A stretch of 64,000 nt of DNA from assembly GCA_030054135.1 (NCBI GenBank), contig JASGCN010000001.1, forward strand, positions 104,663 through 168,662. Reading direction: 5' to 3'. The position numbers and the translations under genes are program-made. The stretch is from Alphaproteobacteria bacterium. Lineage in GTDB: Bacteria; Patescibacteriota; Minisyncoccia; Phycocordibacterales; JABAAK01. Numbering within the stretch: position 1 is the stretch's first letter; each line of letters begins with the position of its first letter. The notes below the pieces were generated by a model. The model searched no databases. It saw only the letters and a program-made list of their open reading frames with translations, and was not told where the DNA came from. Positions 28,002 to 38,065 of this stretch are shown piece after piece.

Positions 28002-31000
28002 ATGTCCAATTCTGATGAATCTAAAAAAATTCAACCCATACTTAACCCAGAAGAACGGGAAACATCTATTCTTTCATTTTGGTACACGCATCACATTTTT
28101 GAGCGTTCTCAAGATGGGATCCCCCCAGAAACAGTGTGGCAACGAATAGCGGAAAAAATTTTTGGAAAAAAAGAATATGTTTTTTTTGATGGGCCACCAT
28201 TTGCAACTGGGCTTCCACACATGGGGCATATCCTCGCAGGAGCAATAAAAGATTCAATCGCACGATATAAAACAATGAGAGGATTTATAGTGAAACGCCG
28301 TTGGGGGTGGGATTGTCATGGTCTACCAGTTGAACAATTTGTTGAACAAGAATTAGGTATCAATAAAAAAGAAGAAATAGAAAAATTAGGTATTGGAGTA
28401 TTTAATGCGCATGCTCGAAAAAGTGTACTTACCTTTCGTGATGAATGGAAAAAATTTGTTGATCGTATGGGTCGATTTGTTGATATGGAAAACGACTATA
28501 AAACAATGGATACCACATATATGCTTTCGGTGTGGCATATATTTTCACTTTTATTTAAAAAAGGATTAGTACATGAAGGACATCGGGTTATGCAATATTG
28601 TCCTCGTTGTGAGACGACTCTTTCAAACAATGAAGTATCAGAAGGGTACAAAGATGTAACAGATATTACAGTAACAGTATCCCTTCCTACGCAGCACAAT
28701 GTCTCATTGGTAGTCTGGACCACTACTCCATGGACACTCCCAGGGAATATGGCGGTTGCAATGAATAAAAATATTGAGTATGTGCGATCCAGTACAGAAA
28801 AAGGGGATGTTATCACTTCAAAGAAATATGCAGAAAAAAACAATTTATCCATCAAAGAAAAAGTCTCACACACTGATTTGTTGCAGTATCGGTACACCCC
28901 TCCATTTGCATATACAAAAACAAAATCAAATGAAAAATGTTTTAAAGTGTATCACGCAGATTTTGTTACTGAAGAAGGCGGTACTGGGTTAGTACACATT
29001 GCCCCATGTTATGGAGCGGATGACTACGCTCTTGCAAAAGAACACCTTCTTCCAATTGAACATCACATTACTACCAGTGGATGTTTTATCAAAGAATTGG
29101 AAATGTTTCATGGAATGGAAGTCAAAAAAAAAGATGACACACAGTCGGCAGATATTGAAGTAATTAAATATCTTGCCCATGTGGGTAGTCTGTTTGCAAA
29201 AGAAAAAATAGTACACAGTTATCCACACTGTTGGCGATGTAAGGTCCCTCTTCTTAATTACGCACTTTCAACTTGGTTTATTGATAGACCTGCGTATAAA
29301 CAAGATCTCATAGATGCAAACAAAACTATTCATTGGGTGCCTGATCATATCCGAGATGGCCGATTTGGTAATCTTCTTGTAGAGATTCCAGAATGGGCTT
29401 TCGCGCGTACTCGTTTTTGGGGAACAGCAATTCCTATTTGGAAAAATGATGCTACGGGAAAGATTATTGTCATTGATGGTATCCAAACACTAAAACAGTA
29501 TTTGCCTAAAAATAACACTGTCTATGTTGTTCGTCATGGAGAAGCAGAAAATAATATACAAAACATTCACAATATTTCAGATAAAGAAAAAATTTGTCAT
29601 CTCACAGAAAAGGGAAGAAAACAAGCACACGACGCTGGTGTATCATTGAAAAATGCAAAAATCGATTACATTATTACTTCTCCCCTTACTCGAACACGAG
29701 AAACAGCACAAGCAATCGCTGAAGCAATTGGGTATCCGACAGAGCGTATCATTGTTGATATTGATTTACAAGAAGTACAAGCAAAGATAGATAATATGTC
29801 TTTTGCAAGTTTTATCGAGATATACGAGAAAGTATACGGAATTCATAATGCATTTTCTATTCATGGGGTAGAATCAAAGTTGGATGTGTATATGCGTACT
29901 ATGAAAGTATTAAAAAAAATACATGCTACGTACAAAAACAAAAATATTTTAATTGTTTCCCACGCAAGTAGTATATATGCGGCTCAATTAATAAATGACG
30001 GGCTTCCTCTACAGTCAACGTGGGATGAACATAAGGGGAGTTGGTATGACAGATATTCCACCCTACACGCAGACCCTATACGTCTTGAGTATCGAGATTT
30101 TCCAACAAATGAAAAAGGCGAAATTGATTTTCATCGCCCATATGTGGATACACTTGTTCTTACTGATACACAAGGAAATTCATATACTCGTATAAAAGAA
30201 GTTTTTGATTGTTGGTTTGAAAGTGGCGCAATGCCATACGCGCAACATGGGTATCCAGACGCGTACTCTTCAAAAGATTTCAATCCAAAACAACATAAAG
30301 GGTTTCCTGCTGATTTCATTGCAGAAGGATTAGATCAAACACGCGGATGGTTTAATAGTTTACTTGCAGTTGGGGTGGGAGCTTTTAATGAAACACCATA
30401 CAAGTCAGTTATTGTAAACGGATTAGTATTGGATCCTAAAGGAAAAAAAATGTCTAAAAGTGAAAAAAATTATACCTCTCCAATGGAGTTATTCAACATG
30501 TATAGTGCAGATGCAGTACGACACTATATGCTCAATTCTCCAGTAGTTCGTGGTGAAAATCTTCTTTTTGAAGATGAAGGTGTGTCTACGGTTGCAAAAA
30601 AAATGATTAATCGATTGCTTAATTGTGTGGTCTATTACACAACATATGCCAATTTTGATGTATCAAAACAAAAATCTTCTGTTTATATTGATACATGGAT
30701 CATGGCACGATTAGAACGAACGGCAGACACTGTCACTAAAGGATATGAAGATCTTGCAATTGACGAAGCAGTGCACCCACTTGAATTATTCATTGATGAT
30801 CTTTCTACATGGTATGTACGAAGATGTAGAGATCGTCTTAAAGAAAACTCTCAAGATGGCGCATACGCACGGGGGACGCTTCAATATGTATTGCTAGAAC
30901 TAAGTAAACTTATGGCCCCATCAATGCCGTTTGTTTCAGAACATGTGTATCAAATTCTTCGAACTGATGATATGCCAGTGAGTGTGCATTTGTGCCGATG

Positions 31001-31481
31001 GCCGAGTATTTCTTTTACTAATACATCGACACTTGAAAGAATGGCGTTAGTTCGTGGGTTAGTTTCTGAAGCGCTTGAGGCACGCGCGTCCGCGGGAATA
31101 AAAGTGCGCCAACCACTTGCATCTCTTACTGTGCCTGTCCTGCTTTCTACAGAAGAGCAATTTTTATTATTAGATGAATTAAATGTAAAAGAAATTAAAC
31201 ACGGGCATGCATGTATTCTTGATACAACAATTACAAAAGAACTTTTTGAAGAAGGAATATTAAGAGATACTGTTCGTTCTGTTCAAGATCTCAGAAAAAA
31301 ACATGGGTGCTCATCTCATGAGTTAATTGAATCAGTTGAAATATTGTCAGGAGAAGTAGGAGACATTATTGGGCGCAATGAAGAGATGTTTCTAAAAGAA
31401 GTACGAGCAAAATCATTACGAGTGCTACCTCTTCAATTAGAAGTAACAAAAGAACAACCAATTCGTATTAGTGTGCAATAA
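28002..31481 (+). CDS. ileS: isoleucyl-tRNA synthetase (type 2, eukaryote-like) with an in-frame histidine-phosphatase (PGAM-like) domain insertion
   Basis: GPPFATGLPHMGHIL (HIGH), WTTTPWTLPGN editing-domain motif, FDCWFESGAMPYAQ, KMSKS. Inserted ~180 aa carrying VYVVRHGEAENN, LTEKGRKQA, ITSPLTRTRETAQ and LIVSHASSIYAAQL (both catalytic His motifs of the histidine phosphatase superfamily). Confidence 0.9.
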   Translation: MSNSDESKKIQPILNPEERETSILSFWYTHHIFERSQDGIPPETVWQRIAEKIFGKKEYVFFDGPPFATGLPHMGHILAGAIKDSIARYKTMRGFIVKRRWGWDCHGLPVEQFVEQELGINKKEEIEKLGIGVFNAHARKSVLTFRDEWKKFVDRMGRFVDMENDYKTMDTTYMLSVWHIFSLLFKKGLVHEGHRVMQYCPRCETTLSNNEVSEGYKDVTDITVTVSLPTQHNVSLVVWTTTPWTLPGNMAVAMNKNIEYVRSSTEKGDVITSKKYAEKNNLSIKEKVSHTDLLQYRYTPPFAYTKTKSNEKCFKVYHADFVTEEGGTGLVHIAPCYGADDYALAKEHLLPIEHHITTSGCFIKELEMFHGMEVKKKDDTQSADIEVIKYLAHVGSLFAKEKIVHSYPHCWRCKVPLLNYALSTWFIDRPAYKQDLIDANKTIHWVPDHIRDGRFGNLLVEIPEWAFARTRFWGTAIPIWKNDATGKIIVIDGIQTLKQYLPKNNTVYVVRHGEAENNIQNIHNISDKEKICHLTEKGRKQAHDAGVSLKNAKIDYIITSPLTRTRETAQAIAEAIGYPTERIIVDIDLQEVQAKIDNMSFASFIEIYEKVYGIHNAFSIHGVESKLDVYMRTMKVLKKIHATYKNKNILIVSHASSIYAAQLINDGLPLQSTWDEHKGSWYDRYSTLHADPIRLEYRDFPTNEKGEIDFHRPYVDTLVLTDTQGNSYTRIKEVFDCWFESGAMPYAQHGYPDAYSSKDFNPKQHKGFPADFIAEGLDQTRGWFNSLLAVGVGAFNETPYKSVIVNGLVLDPKGKKMSKSEKNYTSPMELFNMYSADAVRHYMLNSPVVRGENLLFEDEGVSTVAKKMINRLLNCVVYYTTYANFDVSKQKSSVYIDTWIMARLERTADTVTKGYEDLAIDEAVHPLELFIDDLSTWYVRRCRDRLKENSQDGAYARGTLQYVLLELSKLMAPSMPFVSEHVYQILRTDDMPVSVHLCRWPSISFTNTSTLERMALVRGLVSEALEARASAGIKVRQPLASLTVPVLLSTEEQFLLLDELNVKEIKHGHACILDTTITKELFEEGILRDTVRSVQDLRKKHGCSSHELIESVEILSGEVGDIIGRNEEMFLKEVRAKSLRVLPLQLEVTKEQPIRISVQ

Positions 31482-31503
31482 ACGTACGCTATGATGGTGA
31501 TAT

Positions 31504-32109
31504 ATGGATGGGTATACAATATTTCACACTGAAGCATTTATACTACACACTTCTCCACATGGTGAATCGAACAGAACCGCTATTGCTTTTACCGAAAGCC
31601 ATGGAGTAGTACCTCTATTTGCAAAGTCTGTGAGAGTGTCTTCGTCAAAACTTAAATCATTGGTATATCCATATCGGTATGCGTCAGTGTCTTTTGTACA
31701 TGGGAAAAGATACGTGCTTATTGGTGGTAAAGTCATAGATCCATTTATTACCATGTGGGAATCACAAAAACATAAAGAAGTATTCGTAAGAACACTTCGT
31801 CTCATTAGAGCACTCCTCCCAGTGTATACCGCTGAGCCTTATATTTTTTCTATATTGCGTTCGTATGCTCACCTTTTGAAAAACAAAAAAGATCCACAGT
31901 ATACAAGTACATGTGCAGAGTATTTGATATTACGTGAATTGGGAATTGCCGAAGAGATTTCGTGGGTGCCGGTGCACAATACAGAAGAAACAATATCTTT
32001 GTGTACGAACAATACCAATTACTTTGCAGAGATTGAGCAGAAAAGAAATTATGCATTAAGCCAGCTTAATCTTTCGCGTACTCGTACAAGTATTCATACG
32101 CTACAATAA
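31504..32109 (+). CDS. recO: DNA repair protein RecO (short form)
   Basis: N-terminal OB-fold pattern TEAFILHTSPHGESNRTAIAFTESHGVVPLFAKSVR resembling the RecO N-domain; 201 aa. Confidence 0.6.
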   Translation: MDGYTIFHTEAFILHTSPHGESNRTAIAFTESHGVVPLFAKSVRVSSSKLKSLVYPYRYASVSFVHGKRYVLIGGKVIDPFITMWESQKHKEVFVRTLRLIRALLPVYTAEPYIFSILRSYAHLLKNKKDPQYTSTCAEYLILRELGIAEEISWVPVHNTEETISLCTNNTNYFAEIEQKRNYALSQLNLSRTRTSIHTLQ

Positions 32110-32113
32110 TAGT

Positions 32114-34000
32114 ATGCGTATTAAAGAAATAGAGGACAAGGTAAACTATGACAAAGATTTTAAGGAAAGTAATGTTGTAGGGAAACTAACCAACAATCCA
32201 TCTCACGCTCCAACCGATCTCACCCAACACACTCAAAAACCAGAGTTTCATTTTTTGCGTTTATTTTTTTTCTTTTCGATTTTTTTCCTTCTTTTTTCTA
32301 TAGGAATTGCTGTATTTACTTATTATTTTAATATTGATAATTCTGTGTCTGCTCAAAAGGTTCGCATTGCAACTCTTGGGCCAACAACCATAAACTCAGG
32401 CGAACAAAATGAATTTTTTATTAAAATTATAAACAGAAACCCTGCAGATTTGATAAATGTGCGTATGAGAGTTGAGTATCCTCCTAACTCATATAGAACA
32501 GCAGATAGCAGTAAAGAACTCACAGTAGAAGAAGTTGTGTGGGGATCAGTTATCGCAGGATCGGCCACAGAAGAAAAAAAAATCTCTATGGTGCATTTTG
32601 GCATCCAAGGAGAAAAAAAAGAAATTAAATACATTCTTGAATATTCCATCCGAGGAGTATCAACACCTCTTCGTGTAGAACAATCACAATTTGTAGTAGT
32701 TAATTCTTCTCCAGTAAAAATAAGCTCTCCTGAGTTTTCAAATAGTGTTGCAGGACAACCAACTAATCTTTCATTTGTTATCTCATCTGAATCGTATCGT
32801 CCACTTCCTACTGTGTATGTGTATGCTAAATATCCTCCCGGATTTACTCCTATATCCTCAACACCAGATTTTTTTAATGTTGAAACAAAAAATGAATGGC
32901 TTGTTGAATCACTTTCAAACACTACTCCTGTACGGATTACTGTTCGAGGACTTCTCAGCGGGGAACAAAATACCGAACAATCTGTATTTGTAGATGCACA
33001 GTTAAATAAACGTTCCACGCGTGCACTTGCCATTACTCCAGTGGGACAAGGTAAATCATTTATTAAAATAGATAAATCCGTGCTTGATATTACTGCAAAA
33101 ATTAATAATTCTATTGATCCAACAATTTATATTCCATCTGGAAAAATTATTTCAGGTGTACTCACAGTTAATAATTCTACCAATGAAGCATTAACTAATG
33201 TTACGGTGCAGGTTCGCTTTGATGGGGATGGTGTTAATTTAGAAACTATCACTGCAGAAAAAGGAGGCATCCTCGATGCAGATACTGGTATTTTATATTG
33301 GAACAAAGATACAACACCAGAGCTTGAATTAATTAATGGAAAAGAGTCGGTGGCATTGCAATTCGGGTTTGCTTTATTGGAGCCAGATTTTGAACAAAAA
33401 AATGAACGAGTAGCAGTTTCATTACTTGTAGATGGAATTGCAACTCCAGTTGGGGGTGAGGAAAGAAAATTTGAATCGCTCGTTCGAAAATCTATTCGTT
33501 CTGAAACAAACCTTTCTGTTCTTGCACGAACACTGCACACTACATCAAAACTTCAAAATGCAGGCCCCATACCCCCACAGGTCGGTCAAAAAACTTCATA
33601 TGTGCTTAGTTATGTTCTTAAAAATACAGGAAATGATATAAAAGATATTTCAATGGCAATACCATTAGAGTACTCTCTCGCCATATTGGAAGAAGGTGGC
33701 TCAACTGATTCTTCTGTATATGGGCTTAAAGAAAATGAATGGCAATTTAAAAACAATACTGTGATTATAAAAATACCAAGATTGGCAGGTAATGGACAGG
33801 GAGCTCAGCGATATTTTGAAATACGAACTTCCATTAAGCCAAGTGCCACCCAAAGAGGAAAAAATTTAGCTCTTACAGAAAAAACAAAAGTGGAAGCCGT
33901 GGATGCATTCACGGGGGTTCTTATCAGTAAAGACATTCCAGCACTCACGACAGAATTATTTGATGTTGTCCCCGGGGAGCCAACAGCAGTAATTCCTTAG
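32114..34000 (+). CDS. hypothetical surface protein (N-terminal TM anchor, large beta-rich ectodomain)
   Basis: 628 aa; single TM helix near aa 50-70 then Ser/Thr/Val/Asn-rich domain. Confidence 0.5.
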   Translation: MRIKEIEDKVNYDKDFKESNVVGKLTNNPSHAPTDLTQHTQKPEFHFLRLFFFFSIFFLLFSIGIAVFTYYFNIDNSVSAQKVRIATLGPTTINSGEQNEFFIKIINRNPADLINVRMRVEYPPNSYRTADSSKELTVEEVVWGSVIAGSATEEKKISMVHFGIQGEKKEIKYILEYSIRGVSTPLRVEQSQFVVVNSSPVKISSPEFSNSVAGQPTNLSFVISSESYRPLPTVYVYAKYPPGFTPISSTPDFFNVETKNEWLVESLSNTTPVRITVRGLLSGEQNTEQSVFVDAQLNKRSTRALAITPVGQGKSFIKIDKSVLDITAKINNSIDPTIYIPSGKIISGVLTVNNSTNEALTNVTVQVRFDGDGVNLETITAEKGGILDADTGILYWNKDTTPELELINGKESVALQFGFALLEPDFEQKNERVAVSLLVDGIATPVGGEERKFESLVRKSIRSETNLSVLARTLHTTSKLQNAGPIPPQVGQKTSYVLSYVLKNTGNDIKDISMAIPLEYSLAILEEGGSTDSSVYGLKENEWQFKNNTVIIKIPRLAGNGQGAQRYFEIRTSIKPSATQRGKNLALTEKTKVEAVDAFTGVLISKDIPALTTELFDVVPGEPTAVIP

Positions 34001-35100
34001 TGTTTTTTAAGTACATTGGAGATTCTTTGTGTTATGATAAAACTATGCAACAGACTCCTCAACCTCAAGTTATATCAATCAAACCAGGAACAATAATCCT
34101 TATTTTTGCTATTTTGTTACTAGGAATATTTTTTTATAATATTCGAGAAATTGTTCCATTAATTCTTGCTTCTCTTGTGTTTGCAGCAGCACTTGAACCA
34201 GCAAAAGAATTTTTAATGCGATATCGTATTCCAGCAACTGTTGCCATGGTAATTTTGTATCTAATCTTTTTTGCTCTGCTTTTTTTCTTATTATATTTGT
34301 TAGTGCCGATTATGGTGACACAGTACCAATCATTCTTAAAAGTGCTCCCAACAGTTATCGATTCCATCGTCATTTATTTGACACAAGCAGGTATTAACAT
34401 TGACATTGATTCAATTGGTTCATTTATTGATATACAAAATCCACTTGGTACTTTCTTACAAAAAGTTGCGGGAACAACCACCGCCAGTATTCTTTCTGTG
34501 TTTTCTAATACTCTTTATTTTATTATATTTTTAGTTCTCACATTTCTTTTTGCAGTACGATCTGACGGAGTGAATGATGTATTTCGTGTGTTAACTCCTA
34601 AAAGATATGAACACTATGTACTTGATTTGTGGATTCGTACCCGAAGAAAAATTGGACTATGGTTTCAAGGACAACTTATTTTAGGATTGATCATGGGGGT
34701 ACTCTCATTCCTTTTTTTGTATGCGCTCGACATTCCTCATGCGCTCTTTTTGGCAGTGATAGTAGGAGTACTTGAAATAATCCCAGTATTCGGACCAGTA
34801 CTTGCGGCAATTCCTGCAGTCATTGTATCTGCATCATTGGGGTGGACCACAATGCTTTTGGTAATTCTTGTCTACACACTATTACAACAGCTTGAAAATA
34901 ATTTAATATATCCAATTGTGATAAACAAAATTGCAGGCGTCTCTTCAGTATTAGTTATTTTGGCGTTATTAATAGGAGCATCTCTCATAGGATTTGTCGG
35001 CATTGTGATTGCTGTCCCTGTGGTTAGTTTTTTGCAAGAGCTATACACTGATATAGAAACAGGACGATTGCGTAGTATGATATCAAGCGAAGTTGCTTAA
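34000..35100 (+). CDS. AI-2E family (UPF0118/PerM-like) transporter
   Basis: 8 TM helices; LEIIPVFGPVLAAIPAVIVSASLGW motif typical of AI-2E family; start may be internal Met (34045). Confidence 0.7.
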   Translation: MFFKYIGDSLCYDKTMQQTPQPQVISIKPGTIILIFAILLLGIFFYNIREIVPLILASLVFAAALEPAKEFLMRYRIPATVAMVILYLIFFALLFFLLYLLVPIMVTQYQSFLKVLPTVIDSIVIYLTQAGINIDIDSIGSFIDIQNPLGTFLQKVAGTTTASILSVFSNTLYFIIFLVLTFLFAVRSDGVNDVFRVLTPKRYEHYVLDLWIRTRRKIGLWFQGQLILGLIMGVLSFLFLYALDIPHALFLAVIVGVLEIIPVFGPVLAAIPAVIVSASLGWTTMLLVILVYTLLQQLENNLIYPIVINKIAGVSSVLVILALLIGASLIGFVGIVIAVPVVSFLQELYTDIETGRLRSMISSEVA

Positions 35101-35102
35101 CT

Positions 35103-36584
35103 ATGAACGACCAAGATCCAGTTCCAGTGTACATAACAACAACTCTTCCGTATGTAAATGCAAACCCGCATTTAGGACATGCACTTGAATTTGTCATTGC
35201 TGATGTGCGTGTACGAGCACTTCGTCAATCAGGGCATGAAACCTTTTTTAATATCGGAGTAGATGAATACGGAACAAAAATATATCAAAAAGCAAAAGAA
35301 TTAAACATTGATCCACAAACGTATGTAGATACAATGGCTGAAACGTTTAAAAAAATATCAAAAGATTTAAACATCAGCTACACTAATTTTTATCGCACTA
35401 CTCAAAAAGGGCATACCGAAGCAGTGCAAGCACTATGGAAATTATGCGAACAAAATGGCGATATTTATAAAAAAAAATATACAGGGCTGTATTGCGTTGG
35501 CTGTGAATTATTTGTAAAAGAAGATGATCTTATCAATGGCACGTGTCAATATCACTCTTCCACTACACCAGAAATAGTAGAAGAAGAAAATTATTATTTT
35601 CGTTTTTCTAAATATCAAAAAGAACTTCTCGCGTTATATCAACAAAAAGATTTTATTCAACCATCATCTCGCAAAGATGAACTTACTGCATTTGTGTCTC
35701 GTGGGTTAGAGGATTTTTCTATTTCAAGAACAAAAGACAGACTCCCATGGGGAGTTCCTGTCCCAGAGGATGACACACAAGTAGTATATGTGTGGTTTGA
35801 TGCGCTCACTAACTATATTGCAACTCTCGGTTGGCCACATGATGAAAAGAAGTTTAAGAAGTTTTGGAATGGAAAACATTGTTTTCAAATTGCAGGAAAA
35901 GATAATCTTCGTCAACAAGCAGCAATGTGGCAAGCAATTCTTTTAAGTGCGAAACTTCCAACAAGTACATCTATTTATATACATGGTTTTATCAATGATG
36001 CCGAAGGTCGAAAAATGAGCAAAAGTTTGGGCAACGGTATCGATCCATACGACATCATTAACAAGTATGGTGTAGATTTTTTTCGCTGGTATATGTGCGA
36101 GCACATTCATCCTGCCGAAGATAGTAATATTTCACAAGAATTAGTAGACAAAGCATACGATACTGACTGTGTAAAGGGAATTGGTAATGTTGTGTCTCGT
36201 GTGATGAAGCTTTCAGAAGAATATCTCACAACAGATGAAATAGAAACATTAGGCACTAACAGCATAGAAGACAGAATGGAAGATTTTAAAAAGAAGGGGG
36301 TCTCTCAATGGAATACAGGTGTTAAAGAAATGTACCCGCATAGTCTGCGTACGTTACTAGCAGGATTGTATGTTTCTTATATTGATGAATATATGTCTAG
36401 CACAGAGCCATTTAAAACTATTAAAACAAATACAAAAGAAGCTAAAATACAAATTGCTACATGTGTGAACGGATTAAAAAAATTAGCCGAATGTTTGACC
36501 CCAATAATGCCTGAAACAGCACAAAAAATACTTGATACCATTACAAAAAACAAGAAGCCTGAGAATCTTTTTCCACGGGTATAG
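35103..36584 (+). CDS. metG: methionyl-tRNA synthetase (short form lacking C-terminal tRNA-binding domain)
   Basis: YITTTLPYVNANPHLGHALEFV (HLGH), zinc knuckle CVGCELF...C, KMSKSLGN. Confidence 0.9.
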   Translation: MNDQDPVPVYITTTLPYVNANPHLGHALEFVIADVRVRALRQSGHETFFNIGVDEYGTKIYQKAKELNIDPQTYVDTMAETFKKISKDLNISYTNFYRTTQKGHTEAVQALWKLCEQNGDIYKKKYTGLYCVGCELFVKEDDLINGTCQYHSSTTPEIVEEENYYFRFSKYQKELLALYQQKDFIQPSSRKDELTAFVSRGLEDFSISRTKDRLPWGVPVPEDDTQVVYVWFDALTNYIATLGWPHDEKKFKKFWNGKHCFQIAGKDNLRQQAAMWQAILLSAKLPTSTSIYIHGFINDAEGRKMSKSLGNGIDPYDIINKYGVDFFRWYMCEHIHPAEDSNISQELVDKAYDTDCVKGIGNVVSRVMKLSEEYLTTDEIETLGTNSIEDRMEDFKKKGVSQWNTGVKEMYPHSLRTLLAGLYVSYIDEYMSSTEPFKTIKTNTKEAKIQIATCVNGLKKLAECLTPIMPETAQKILDTITKNKKPENLFPRV

Positions 36585-36641
36585 GTGTCCCTTGCAGAAC
36601 GAGATAGTGTGTGGTATTTTCGTTGTATGATAACCACAACC

Positions 36642-37025
36642 ATGAAAGACATAAAAAAAGCGGTATATGACGTTGGCTTTCATATTGTCCCTTCAATGTC
36701 TGAAACTGAAGCGAATGAATATTTTGCAGAAATTGTAAAAAAAGCCGAAGCTCGCGGAGCAGAAATTATTTTATTAGAAAAACCACAACTCATTGATCTT
36801 GCATACACAATACGTCATCACAAAAGAAACGTAAGCGGATTGTACGATTCATACGCGGAAGGGTACATGTCGTCTATTAAATGTGAAATGCCTTCTAAAG
36901 AAATTACAGCATTTGCGAAAGAACTTTCAACTGATAATAATATTGTGAGAGCATTGTGCATTGAAAGTGTTCGAAATAGTGTTCGATCAGCGGCAGCACT
37001 CGCTAGTAAATTATCACAAGAATAA
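36642..37025 (+). CDS. rpsF: 30S ribosomal protein S6 (with C-terminal extension)
   Basis: YDVGFHIVP...IL....L.Y.IRHHK pattern and conserved rpsF-ssb-rpsR context; start uncertain (36627/36642). Confidence 0.65.
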   Translation: MKDIKKAVYDVGFHIVPSMSETEANEYFAEIVKKAEARGAEIILLEKPQLIDLAYTIRHHKRNVSGLYDSYAEGYMSSIKCEMPSKEITAFAKELSTDNNIVRALCIESVRNSVRSAAALASKLSQE

Positions 37026-37029
37026 ATGT

Positions 37030-37458
37030 ATGTATATTAATAAAGTACAAGTATTAGGAAATCTTACAAGAGATCCAGAATTAAAACAACTTCCTTCAGG
37101 AATACAAGTGTGCAATATGGCAGTTGCAACAAATCGTGTGTATAAAGATAAAAATGGACAAAAACAAGAAGAAGTTGAATATCACAATGTAGTGCTATTT
37201 GGACGAACTGCAGAAGTGGCTGGGCAATATCTGAAAAAAGGATCAAGCGTGTATGTAGAAGGTCGTCTACGAACTAATAGCTGGGAGACAGATGGGATAA
37301 AAAAATATAAAACAGAAATAGTAGGAGAACAAATGCAATTGGGTCCACGTAAACAAGGGGATGGTACTAGTAGCACTACACCACAAGGAGCAACAAAAAC
37401 ATCTACCGTCGATGACTATCAAGAACCAGCTGCACTGGCGGATGAAATACCTTTTTAG
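37030..37458 (+). CDS. ssb: single-stranded DNA-binding protein
   Basis: OB-fold MYINKVQVLGNLTRDPELKQLPSGIQVCNMAVATNRVYKDKNG...YHNVVLFGRTAEVA, acidic C-terminal tail DEIPF. Confidence 0.85.
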   Translation: MYINKVQVLGNLTRDPELKQLPSGIQVCNMAVATNRVYKDKNGQKQEEVEYHNVVLFGRTAEVAGQYLKKGSSVYVEGRLRTNSWETDGIKKYKTEIVGEQMQLGPRKQGDGTSSTTPQGATKTSTVDDYQEPAALADEIPF

Positions 37459-37470
37459 TAGAATATATAT

Positions 37471-37683
37471 ATGACTTATCAAAACAAACGCGTGTGTTTT
37501 TTTAAAGCGAATAATATTCAATATGTTGATTATCGAGACATAGAACTTATGCAACAATTTTTATCTCCTCACGGAAAACTTATACCAAGAAAAAAAACAG
37601 GAACTTCTGCTTCTATGCAAAGAAAACTATCTCTTGCAGTAAAATATGCCAGATATATGGGGCTTCTTCCGTATATTCGTTAA
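37471..37683 (+). CDS. rpsR: 30S ribosomal protein S18
   Basis: CFFKANNIQYVDYRDIELMQQFLSPHGKLIPRKKTGTSASMQRKLSLAVKYARYMGLLPY. Confidence 0.85.
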   Translation: MTYQNKRVCFFKANNIQYVDYRDIELMQQFLSPHGKLIPRKKTGTSASMQRKLSLAVKYARYMGLLPYIR

Positions 37684-37702
37684 TACATTGTAGTATAGGA
37701 GT

Positions 37703-38065
37703 ATGAGCATACTTCTACGAGTTACTGTGGTTTTATTTATTATTGCTTGTCTATACGGGTGGATTCAGTCTGAAAGTGTGCGTCTCGGCTCGCGCATTAC
37801 TATAGAATATCCAAATATAACAGTGGTGCCTCGTTTTTTTACATTACGCGCTCATATTCAAAATCCGCACAAAGTAACAGTTAATGGTATTGTTGTTCTG
37901 CCAGATGAATTGGGCAATATTTCTTATCCTATGTATGTGCAAGAGGGGTATACTATAGTAAGTGTAGTTGCAAGCACTCGTCTTGGGCGAGAAACGCAAA
38001 AACACATTACATTATTTTCAGACTCAACACTTCCTTATGATACAGAAGAAAACAAAAAAAGATAA
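37703..38065 (+). CDS. hypothetical exported protein (signal anchor)
   Basis: 120-aa ORF with N-terminal hydrophobic segment; overlaps recA start. Confidence 0.4.
   Translation: MSILLRVTVVLFIIACLYGWIQSESVRLGSRITIEYPNITVVPRFFTLRAHIQNPHKVTVNGIVVLPDELGNISYPMYVQEGYTIVSVVASTRLGRETQKHITLFSDSTLPYDTEENKKR

Noticed and set aside
29500-30080. Possibility that the extra segment in ileS is an intein
   Set aside because: No Cys/Ser/Thr at an N-extein junction followed by intein blocks A/B, and no terminal His-Asn. Instead the segment has RHG and SHA catalytic motifs of the histidine phosphatase fold.
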